NCBI GenBank assembly: GCA_016839515.1
Contig: JAEOUE010000035.1
Span: 1-12,624, forward strand
DNA: 12,624 bases
Origin: Candidatus Hodarchaeum mangrovi
GTDB lineage: Archaea > Asgardarchaeota > Heimdallarchaeia > Hodarchaeales > Hodarchaeaceae
Direction of reading: 5' to 3'
In this document: positions 1 to 7,847 of the stretch, piece after piece
How positions within the stretch are numbered: position 1 is the stretch's first letter
Layout of the letters: every line of letters begins with the position of its first letter
Notes under the pieces: model-generated
Database searches by the model: none
Told to the model about the DNA's origin: nothing
What the model saw: only the letters and a program-made list of their open reading frames with translations
Position numbers and translations under genes: made by a program

Positions 1-2
1 CC

Positions 3-347
3 CAAACCGTCTCTGAAGTTCTACAAAAATTCATTGAATCCACAGAAGAGCTTTCAGGGATAGCGCTGTATACAGATGAAGGTTTACCTGTTTTTGAAGA
101 GGGTGATCTTGCTGATTCCATTTTAATCCCTGCAAACCTGTGGTTAAGCAATTTAGACCGTATTCAGGATGAATTCAAGACTTCCAACACGTACAAAACT
201 TATCTTGAAACAGATGATTTGATTTTTGTCTGTGAAAGACTTAAATCTGAAATAATTCTCACAGGAATTGCAATAAAAGTTGAACCTTTACAATATATCC
301 TCATTAAAATGGAAGAGGTAGCTAATGCCCTGAAAGATATTGTATAA
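3..347 (+). CDS. Roadblock/LC7 (MglB/LAMTOR-like) domain, 5'-truncated; stand-alone roadblock or C-terminal domain of an upstream Rag-like GTPase
   Basis: Not in the ORF track. Frame 3 is open from the window edge to TAA at 345-347 (114 codons): QTVSEVLQKFIESTEELSGIALYTDEGLPVFEEGDLADSILIPANLWLSNLDRIQDEFKTSNTYKTYLETDDLIFVCERLKSEIILTGIAIKVEPLQYILIKMEEVANALKDIV*. The pattern helix, 'GIALYTDEGLPV' hairpin, helix, three strands, terminal helix is typical of roadblock domains. Confidence 0.8.
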   Translation, partial: QTVSEVLQKFIESTEELSGIALYTDEGLPVFEEGDLADSILIPANLWLSNLDRIQDEFKTSNTYKTYLETDDLIFVCERLKSEIILTGIAIKVEPLQYILIKMEEVANALKDIV

Positions 348-389
348 TCACTTTAACTAATCCAAACAATCAATTCATAATTTATAGAG

Positions 390-3300
390 ATGATATTATC
401 TTTGGTTACTATAAAATCTAGAATTTATTCTAATTTTAATTTTATTTTTTTGATATGTATTTTTTTTGGCAGTCTCTTATTAACAGATTATTCAACTCAG
501 ATTGATAATACTCAAGAATCATTTAATTTGTTAAATAGACTTATGCGAAGTTTTGGATTAATTAAAGAGAATTTAAAGGAACCAACAAGATTTTCAAGAC
601 ACGTTAATCGTCTAATTGCTCCAACACAAGATTCAACAAATAACTGTACCAGCATATTTCCTAGTGGGATAAACGCCAAGATAATTGATTCACATGAAGA
701 TTATGTCGATAATAATGTCTCAAATATAGATGGAGTAACAGATAAGGGTAGTCACTCAAATTTTGACAATCAAAAAACTGGACCAGATAATTTCTATGAT
801 GTGTTAAGTGAAACAGATGTCAATACGGTAAATCAATTGAATTTGTCTGTTGACTCATGGGATATTACACGAAATAAGTGGGCAAAGACAGGAGCTTCAC
901 CGTATTTGGATAATCAAACTATACCATCTGTAAATGAGGTTCATACAGTCGCAAACGCAGTCGGGAGTAAAAATGGTGATGAAATTGGAGATTTTGGATT
1001 TCAAGATGTAAATTTGAGTGGAACTTTAATCTCGGTAAAATTAAGTGTATATGGCCATGCTAATCCATCTTATCCGACAGATGCTTATTTTTCTGTTCAT
1101 TTATGGAACGGAAGTATCTGGATTGAAATAATGAATTTTTCAGGGGAACCAAATTTTTGCTGGAAAGAGGTAGATGTTAGCACTTACATAAATACTTGGG
1201 AAAAAGTTAATGGGACTAAGATATTCTTAAGAACTGAAGACCTTGGAGGAAATAAATATGGAGAACAGCTGTGTGATTTGGCAATTTTAGAAGTTAATTA
1301 CCTTCCTCTGCCAAATTACAATATTGATGTAGAATTACAATGGACTTCTGCTATTTTCACAAAACCAAATGCTCAGTTAGCAATTTATACAGGAAATTTA
1401 GGTACAGAAGGATTAAGAGTGGATGTGTGGAACGGATCATGGATTATTATAATTCCAAATTTGATAACGGATTCATGGAACAATGTAAGCATTGAAAATT
1501 ATTTAAAATCATCAATTTTTACTATTCGATTTAAGGGGACAGAAGAAAGCTCTGATACAACACAAGATCAATGGAATATTGATGTTACATTACTTCATAC
1601 GTGGGATAATGATATTACTCCTCCAACAATTAATGATTTTGGGGTGGACGATCTAGGGACAGGAGTGGGAATTTTTTGGGCGAATATCTCTGATTCTCAA
1701 TCTGATGTCGATGAAGTCACACTCCAAGTGAACTCATCACAATATGCCATGGTTTATAATGGTTCTCCAAGTGAATTAGGGTTTTGGGTAAAACAGATTG
1801 CTGTTAATTTTAATGGGTATTATTCGTATCAGATTATAAATGCTTCAGATTCAGCAGAGAACTATATTTCAGTTCCTTCAGAAATAAGAAACCATACATT
1901 TAATCTTGATACTACAGCTCCCATAATCGAAAACTGGGAATATTTTGCAGATATTGGAGTCAATGGGACATTTAATGCTAACATCACCGATAATTGGGGA
2001 GAACTAGACACCGTTATTGTAAATGTAACTGAAATAGATGGTATTCCCCAAAATAATTTATGGGCAATCATGGTTCCTACTCCATTTGGTTTCGTTAACG
2101 ATACTCTCTTCATGGATAAAGATCAGGTGTTTAATTTTTCTATTTTTGCTAATGATACTTCGGGGAATTCTTTCATTTCGTTAAAACACATTGGAACTGG
2201 TCCGAATCATCCACCAGAAGCAACTAACCTATCTATTTCGGTTAATCCAAGAACAAATGAATCTTTACTAGCTGATTGGATTTTTAATGATGTAGATGGG
2301 GATGGCGAAAGTGGGTCTTTAATCCGCTGGTATAAGAATGGAGTCTTAGTTCCAGCTTATAATAATCTTAAGACAGTTCCTTTTGGTGCGACAAGTAAAG
2401 GTCAGGTTTGGAATTATACACTCCAAGTATTTGATGGCGATGATTATTCAACTCTCTATTATTCGCCTATCACAACCATTATTAATACTCCTCCTGAAGC
2501 TAGTAGTGTAACACTTACACCTACACCAACAAGTAGTGACGAAATAGTGGCAGGATGGATTGCATCTGATATAGACGGTGATAACCCAAATAATTTTTTG
2601 AATGTAACAATAATTAGATGGTATCAATGGGTTGGAACATGGATAGAAATTCCAGAATGGATGAACTCCACTTATATCACACCTGATGACCTAACAAGAG
2701 ATGAGATATTTCGTTTTGAAATCCAGCTTTTTGATGGAGAGGAATATTCTCAAGTCTATATCTCTCCAAATACGACAATCTTGAATTCATTACCAATATT
2801 AACAACTATTCCATCTTTTAATAAAACAACAGGTATAACTACTTCCGATAATATCAATATTACATATCTATATAATGATGAAGATGGGGATGTAGAAGTA
2901 GTAGGGGAGAGAATCATTTTTTGGTATCGAAATGGGCAATTTAATTCAACAAAAACAAATGATACAATCCTATTAAGTTCTGAAACAGCCTCTGGAGAAA
3001 CATGGCAATATATAATCCGAGTTTATGATGGTTTTGAATATAGTATAAATTATACCTCTATCTTGATTTCAATTGATTCATATACCAATACCATCCCTGA
3101 GGTTCAAAATATTCTATTATCTGGTAATACAAATTCTACAATTGAAACTCTTATTGCAAGTTACAATTTTTATGATGCTGATGGGCATCAACAGGTTGAA
3201 AAACACATCCGTTGGTATATGAACGGTACCCTACAATCTAGTCTCAATAATTCCTTTACGGTGAATCCCAGCCTTACAGTTAAAGGCCAAATTTGGAATT

Positions 3301-6300
3301 TTACTATTAGAGTTTTCGATGGTCTAAATTGGTCTCTACAATATAATTCTAGTAAATTAACCATTCGAAATTCTATTCCGCAAGTCAATAATATACAAAT
3401 TACCTCTAATACGACAACTATATCTAATTTAATTATAGATTGGGATTTTAGTGATTTAGACGGGGACAATCAGGAAAGATTTGATCTTAAATGGTATATT
3501 AATAATATTTATAACAGTTCTTATGATGATTTAACTGAGATAGATTCAACTCAAACAAAAAAGAACCAAAATTGGATATGTTCAATAAGAATCTTTGATG
3601 GTGAAAATTATTCATCATGGTTTAACTCATCTAGAACTTTTATTTTTAATACTCCTCCTTCTCTCCAAAATTTAGGTCTTCAAGGAGGAAAAAATACAAG
3701 TCAGAACATTACTCTGGTATATAATTTTGTTGATGTTGATAACGATAGTGAAGATACAGAGAATACTATAATAAACTGGTTTTTCATTAATGGATCCATC
3801 ATTCTGGGTCAAAATACTATAGAACTCGCTAATGAGTATTTTGTTGCAGGGAATATCCTTTATGCGAAAATCACTCCCAATGATGGTGAAGATTCTGGCA
3901 CTACTTATCAAACTGGATATTTACAAATAGGAAATGCAAAACCCACAATTATTGGTCTTCCAAATATTGTTGGATTTAATGATAGTGCTATATATTTTGC
4001 TGCTGTTTCACTTTCCGTCAATTATACAGCCCAAGACTTAGATCATCCCTTTTTCATCTATGATATTGATGTTGATGAGAATGGTCTTGTAGTTGGCTCA
4101 AATTATCGTTGGTATAAAAATGGGCAAATTATGAGCGATCTAACTGGACCAATAGTCTTACCCTTTTATTTATCAAAAGGTGATCTATGGATGGTAAGCG
4201 TCCAGCCAAAGGACAGATATGGTGATCTAGGTTCTTGGATAAATTCCTCAGAAATACTTATTGGTAACACCCCTCCAGAGATATTATCATTTTCATGGAC
4301 CACCACTTCCCCAACTGTTCAAAACGACCTTTCTTTTACTTATACTTTTTATGACCTTGATTTTGATTCTGAATGGCAGAATCAAACTAAAATTTATTGG
4401 TATAGGAATAGTATAGAAATCTCTGTGGCAAGAAATCAAAGTACTCTTTCCAAATTATTGTATGTAAAGGGAGACTCTATTAACCTGTCAATTCGATTAT
4501 TTGATGGGACAAATTATAGTCTTTTATATAGATCTACATCAGTAACTGTTGTTAACTCAATTCCTGAAGCTCAAAACATCGCTATTCTTCCCACTAAACC
4601 ATATACATACGATTCGTTACAGGTCAAATATGATTTTTTCGATTATGATACTGATAATGAAAGTTCAAATCGGATTATTCAATGGTTTCGTAATGGAATT
4701 CTTGTCCCAGAATTGACAAATAGCTCAAGAGTAAATTCAACGTATACATCATCAGGAGAAGTCTGGATCCTTCATTTAAAAGTCTCTGATTCCCTTAGTT
4801 ACAGCCAAGAATATATTTTACCTCCTGTAATTATTTTAAATTCGCCTCCAAGAATATTAGGAATTTCACTTGAAGGAAATATTAATTCAAGCTTTGCTGA
4901 TTCAAGTCTTACTTTTAATCTAAATGAGGATATTATAGTTTATGATCCAGATCAGGATGTGATTATTAGTTATTCAATTTCTTGGTTAAAAAATTTTGAA
5001 TTTCAATATATCTATACTGGCCAACCAATAATTCCTGAATCTGAACTCATTAAAGGAGATATCTGGTTTGCGATTGTACGAGTCTTTGATGGTAAAGACT
5101 GGTCAGGAAATCAATCTTCTCAAGAAATCCTAATTATCAATAAAGCACCAGAAATCCTGAATCTTTGGTTAATAAACAATTCATATTCTGAATTCTTATT
5201 GGAAAATGAGAATATTTCATTAGTTTATGATTTCCAAGATATTGATGATGACTTGGATGATTCCATAATATACTGGTATCAGAATCAGATTTTTCTACCT
5301 GAATTTACCAATTCAAGTCAGATACCAGCTGAAGAAACTTTTCCAGGAGATAGTTGGTATGCTGAAATTCTCCCCTATGATGGAGAATTATTTGGTCTAA
5401 AAGTGAATTTATCGATTTACATAGAAAGTCAACCAACAATTAATGAGGTTGGAGTCGATATCAATTCTGATAAGGAGGGTCATTATACTTTTTGGGCTAA
5501 TGTTACAGATCCACAAAATCCCATCACAGAGGTAATCTTTCGTTTTGATTTCCAAAATAACACCTTAGAACAAAGAAAATGGGCTGAATTTAATGGTACA
5601 ACATGGACATTAGATTATCAACTAGAGAACTATTCTTATCTTGGGAATTTGGTACGAATAGAAGTCACAGCAATATCTACTGTAAACCCATTATTATATT
5701 CTACTAGTTTTGAGATACTTACAGTTACAATGTTTGATTATGTAATGAATGATGAAGTTGCTCCTCGGATAAGGAATGCATACTTTACAAGAGATAATGA
5801 ATTAGATCCCAAATTTTTAACTTTTTATGCTGAAGTAGAAGAATTTGGTTTTGGTATTAGTCAAATTGTTATTTATTATTATTTTAAACCCTTTACTGAG
5901 GGAAATGGAGCCACTATTGCAGATTGGATGAGTTCTTTAATGATTTTTCAGAATCGTAATTTAACAGATAGTTACGAGCTCTGGTCTCTCGAAATAGATT
6001 TTCATCACAACAACTCAAATTACGAAATTCTATATTACATTTCCACCTCAGATAAAACAGGAAATGAAGATCCTTTAGCATTTGACATCAGAGCTTACCC
6101 TCAACGAATCATTGAGAATAGGTTTATTTATAAACCTCAAGGTTTACCCGAATGGATTTTATTAATTGCAGCTTTTGTAATTTTTCTGATATTCGTTGGT
6201 GCTATGGTGTATGTAAGGTTCATACGGAAACCTGAAATAATAGGTTTTGATAGAGACATAGTTATGAAAAATATAGAAAAAATAAGTGATACTGAAATAA

Positions 6301-6806
6301 ATGCTTCTCTAGATCTACATACACTTGGAGTTATTCTTTCTTATTTTGATCAAAGATCTGGACCTGTTCCCCTTATTGTAATTCCAGACTTATTACAGGA
6401 TAATATAACGCCTTTAATAGCCCTTTCAGATCGTTCATTCAACAGCTGTGGATTTGCAAATGATTTCACCTCAAAAACATTTTCAAGCTTTGATTTCTCT
6501 CTAGAAAGTCTTATACGCATTAGTTCGATGTCCTATGGATATTCAATAGCAAATAAGGAAGCAAGAGGGGGAGCAGAACATTATACTGTAAATTTACTCA
6601 TTATTCCAGAAATATTCCCATTAATTAATCAATTCAAAGAAGAACTTCAAACAGCTGTTCATGAAATTCATATGTTGATGACAAATGAACCTGAAAACAA
6701 GGATGCAATTCTAGAATCAGTAATTAATCTCAGGAAAAGAGTTTCATACATTGTTTTATCCTATAAGGATGTTTATAAAACTACAGAACTGATAAAAGAG
6801 ACCTAA
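390..6806 (+). CDS. Giant type I single-pass membrane glycoprotein (2138 aa): N-terminal beta-rich modules, 11 cadherin/Ig-like repeats, TM helix, cytoplasmic longin/uDENN-like domain
   Basis: Uninterrupted ORF. N-terminal hydrophobic stretch; DxxPPxI/DxxAPxI Ig-like domain boundaries; 11 repeats with NxxP...DxDxD...WYxNG...GxxW...FDG; TM WILLIAAFVIFLIFVGAMVYV followed by basic RFIRKP (positive-inside); cytoplasmic SYFDQRSGPVPLIVIP and EARGG motifs. The exact start codon is uncertain. Confidence 0.9.
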   Translation: MILSLVTIKSRIYSNFNFIFLICIFFGSLLLTDYSTQIDNTQESFNLLNRLMRSFGLIKENLKEPTRFSRHVNRLIAPTQDSTNNCTSIFPSGINAKIIDSHEDYVDNNVSNIDGVTDKGSHSNFDNQKTGPDNFYDVLSETDVNTVNQLNLSVDSWDITRNKWAKTGASPYLDNQTIPSVNEVHTVANAVGSKNGDEIGDFGFQDVNLSGTLISVKLSVYGHANPSYPTDAYFSVHLWNGSIWIEIMNFSGEPNFCWKEVDVSTYINTWEKVNGTKIFLRTEDLGGNKYGEQLCDLAILEVNYLPLPNYNIDVELQWTSAIFTKPNAQLAIYTGNLGTEGLRVDVWNGSWIIIIPNLITDSWNNVSIENYLKSSIFTIRFKGTEESSDTTQDQWNIDVTLLHTWDNDITPPTINDFGVDDLGTGVGIFWANISDSQSDVDEVTLQVNSSQYAMVYNGSPSELGFWVKQIAVNFNGYYSYQIINASDSAENYISVPSEIRNHTFNLDTTAPIIENWEYFADIGVNGTFNANITDNWGELDTVIVNVTEIDGIPQNNLWAIMVPTPFGFVNDTLFMDKDQVFNFSIFANDTSGNSFISLKHIGTGPNHPPEATNLSISVNPRTNESLLADWIFNDVDGDGESGSLIRWYKNGVLVPAYNNLKTVPFGATSKGQVWNYTLQVFDGDDYSTLYYSPITTIINTPPEASSVTLTPTPTSSDEIVAGWIASDIDGDNPNNFLNVTIIRWYQWVGTWIEIPEWMNSTYITPDDLTRDEIFRFEIQLFDGEEYSQVYISPNTTILNSLPILTTIPSFNKTTGITTSDNINITYLYNDEDGDVEVVGERIIFWYRNGQFNSTKTNDTILLSSETASGETWQYIIRVYDGFEYSINYTSILISIDSYTNTIPEVQNILLSGNTNSTIETLIASYNFYDADGHQQVEKHIRWYMNGTLQSSLNNSFTVNPSLTVKGQIWNFTIRVFDGLNWSLQYNSSKLTIRNSIPQVNNIQITSNTTTISNLIIDWDFSDLDGDNQERFDLKWYINNIYNSSYDDLTEIDSTQTKKNQNWICSIRIFDGENYSSWFNSSRTFIFNTPPSLQNLGLQGGKNTSQNITLVYNFVDVDNDSEDTENTIINWFFINGSIILGQNTIELANEYFVAGNILYAKITPNDGEDSGTTYQTGYLQIGNAKPTIIGLPNIVGFNDSAIYFAAVSLSVNYTAQDLDHPFFIYDIDVDENGLVVGSNYRWYKNGQIMSDLTGPIVLPFYLSKGDLWMVSVQPKDRYGDLGSWINSSEILIGNTPPEILSFSWTTTSPTVQNDLSFTYTFYDLDFDSEWQNQTKIYWYRNSIEISVARNQSTLSKLLYVKGDSINLSIRLFDGTNYSLLYRSTSVTVVNSIPEAQNIAILPTKPYTYDSLQVKYDFFDYDTDNESSNRIIQWFRNGILVPELTNSSRVNSTYTSSGEVWILHLKVSDSLSYSQEYILPPVIILNSPPRILGISLEGNINSSFADSSLTFNLNEDIIVYDPDQDVIISYSISWLKNFEFQYIYTGQPIIPESELIKGDIWFAIVRVFDGKDWSGNQSSQEILIINKAPEILNLWLINNSYSEFLLENENISLVYDFQDIDDDLDDSIIYWYQNQIFLPEFTNSSQIPAEETFPGDSWYAEILPYDGELFGLKVNLSIYIESQPTINEVGVDINSDKEGHYTFWANVTDPQNPITEVIFRFDFQNNTLEQRKWAEFNGTTWTLDYQLENYSYLGNLVRIEVTAISTVNPLLYSTSFEILTVTMFDYVMNDEVAPRIRNAYFTRDNELDPKFLTFYAEVEEFGFGISQIVIYYYFKPFTEGNGATIADWMSSLMIFQNRNLTDSYELWSLEIDFHHNNSNYEILYYISTSDKTGNEDPLAFDIRAYPQRIIENRFIYKPQGLPEWILLIAAFVIFLIFVGAMVYVRFIRKPEIIGFDRDIVMKNIEKISDTEINASLDLHTLGVILSYFDQRSGPVPLIVIPDLLQDNITPLIALSDRSFNSCGFANDFTSKTFSSFDFSLESLIRISSMSYGYSIANKEARGGAEHYTVNLLIIPEIFPLINQFKEELQTAVHEIHMLMTNEPENKDAILESVINLRKRVSYIVLSYKDVYKTTELIKET
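441..482 (+). other. Signal peptide / signal-anchor hydrophobic core
   Basis: Residues 18-31 FIFLICIFFGSLLL, preceded by basic K9 and R11. Confidence 0.65.
2205..5426 (+). repeat. Array of 11 tandem protein repeats (93-111 aa), cadherin-like/Ig-like, probably Ca2+-binding
   Basis: Repeat starts (NxxP) at 2205, 2484, 2784, 3087, 3369, 3648, 3933, 4266, 4554, 4839, 5139. Acidic loops: DVDGD, DIDGD, DEDGD, DADGH, DLDGD, DVDND, DLDH, DLDFD, DYDTD, DPDQD, DIDDD. Divergent at the DNA level. Confidence 0.85.
6153..6215 (+). other. Transmembrane helix of the 2138-aa protein
   Basis: 21 uncharged residues WILLIAAFVIFLIFVGAMVYV followed by RFIRKP. Confidence 0.9.
6315..6803 (+). other. Cytoplasmic longin/uDENN-like domain (FLCN/SMCR8/NPRL2-like) with candidate arginine finger
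   Basis: Strand-FDQRSGP-strand hairpin (6345-6365), helix LIALSDRSF, strands around YGYSIANKEARGGAEHYTVNLLI (Arg codon 6564-6566), then two C-terminal helices; this fits the longin secondary-structure order. Confidence 0.7.
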
Positions 6807-6845
6807 GAATATCACAGACCCTTTCACTATCAATCTAACACATTA

Positions 6846-6866
6846 TTTAATAAAGTTAAATAACTT
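6846..6866 (+). promoter_or_regulatory. Possible archaeal TATA box with overlapping short inverted repeat upstream of the GTPase
   Basis: TTTAATAAA at 6846-6854 in the 86-nt intergenic gap, and AAGTTA-AA-TAACTT at 6853-6866. Weak evidence in an AT-rich background. Confidence 0.3.
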
Positions 6867-6880
6867 GATTAATCTAAAAT

Positions 6881-6885
6881 AAGGA
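6881..6885 (+). promoter_or_regulatory. Possible ribosome-binding site for the GTPase
   Basis: AAGGA 7 nt upstream of ATG 6893. Confidence 0.35.
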
Positions 6886-6892
6886 CGAAAAC

Positions 6893-7843
6893 ATGCATTC
6901 TACTAATAATATCCAAAGTAAGAAATTAGTCTTATTAGGATTAGCAGAGACTGGAAAATCGACAATAATCAAAAATGCTCTAGAAGGTATCATAACAAGA
7001 CCTGGAGAAAAATATGATGCCACAATTAATTATCAAAGAAAAATCAAAAGGTTATGTGGACTTGAAATCATAATATTTGATTTAGGAGGACAAACAAGGT
7101 TTTTAGATAAATTTACTGGAGATCTTTCACGTTTTGTTTTTAGTGATATTGATGCATTTATCTTTGTTATAGATCCTCTCCAAACAGCTCTTTATTCTCG
7201 ATCAAAGTATTACTTGGAGCTTTCTTTAGAAAGGATGAAGATCTTCAGTTCAAATGCGGAAATATTTGTGTTCCTACATAAAATGGATCTTATTCCACGT
7301 CCAGATCGTAATATTATATCAGATAATCTAAAAAAATATCTTACTTCAGAAATTAATAATCCAATTCAATATTTCGAAACTTCAGTGTTTAATGAATCAA
7401 TCTATGAGGCAATTGGCTCTATTATTTCAAAAATTTTTGATTTAAAACGGATATTTAATAAAACTCTGATTGATTATATAACGAAAAATATAAAGACTAT
7501 TGTTGAAGTTCATCTTCTTACCCATGAAGGGATATTTCTCCTTCAAGCTTCTAATAATCACTTTAAAAACTCAATTCCCCATAAAAAAATTCGTAAATAT
7601 TTTATTTATGCGTTAGAACAAAAAATCCTTTTTAATAAAGAAAATACAGTTATTTCAGTTGAAGGGAAAAAGAATGTTTATCTTACATACTTCTTAGAAA
7701 GAGGGTTAGCAGTCTTAATTGCTGTCTCAAAACAAAATTTAACACAGGACGTAAAATTTTCATCTGAGATTTATGAAGACATTCTCAAGTTCGCATTTTC
7801 ATTAAATGAAAAATCAAATCTTTTGACAAAGGGAGGTAGATGA
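6893..7843 (+). CDS. Rag/Gtr-family small GTPase with C-terminal roadblock-like domain
   Basis: G1 GLAETGKS (6938-6961), G2 YDATI, G3 DLGGQ (7079-7093), G4 HKMD (7277-7288; His in place of Asn is the Rag/Gtr signature), G5 ETSVFNESIYEA (Rag-like TSI.D.S/T...A). The C-terminal ~125 aa contain IVEVHLLTHEGIFLL, a roadblock-type hairpin. Confidence 0.88.
   Translation: MHSTNNIQSKKLVLLGLAETGKSTIIKNALEGIITRPGEKYDATINYQRKIKRLCGLEIIIFDLGGQTRFLDKFTGDLSRFVFSDIDAFIFVIDPLQTALYSRSKYYLELSLERMKIFSSNAEIFVFLHKMDLIPRPDRNIISDNLKKYLTSEINNPIQYFETSVFNESIYEAIGSIISKIFDLKRIFNKTLIDYITKNIKTIVEVHLLTHEGIFLLQASNNHFKNSIPHKKIRKYFIYALEQKILFNKENTVISVEGKKNVYLTYFLERGLAVLIAVSKQNLTQDVKFSSEIYEDILKFAFSLNEKSNLLTKGGR
7832..7837 (+). 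promoter_or_regulatory. Shine-Dalgarno-like site for ORF 7848
   Basis: GGAGGT within the last GTPase codons, 10 nt before ATG 7848; the genes are 4 nt apart, consistent with an operon. Confidence 0.55.
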
Positions 7844-7847
7844 ATTT

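Noticed and set aside
1862-2113. 83-aa minus-strand ORF
   Set aside because: Entirely antisense to the 2138-aa gene, with no recognisable motif; shadow ORF.
3188-3469. 93-aa minus-strand ORF
   Set aside because: Antisense to repeats 4-5 of the large gene; no motif support.
3672-3911. 79-aa minus-strand ORF
   Set aside because: Antisense to repeat 6; no motif support.
2205-5426. CRISPR array or DNA-level tandem repeat
   Set aside because: The periodicity exists only at the protein level; I found no near-identical DNA repeats with spacers.
7829-7843. GTPase C-terminus KGGR as a ubiquitin-like di-glycine
   Set aside because: The GG is not terminal, there is no beta-grasp context, and the GGA GGT codons coincide with the Shine-Dalgarno-like site of the next gene.
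6893-7843. Assignment as Arf, Rab or Roc GTPase
   Set aside because: DLGGQ is Arf-like, but G4 is HKMD rather than NKxD, G5 is TSVF, and a roadblock-like tail follows; all favour Rag/Gtr.
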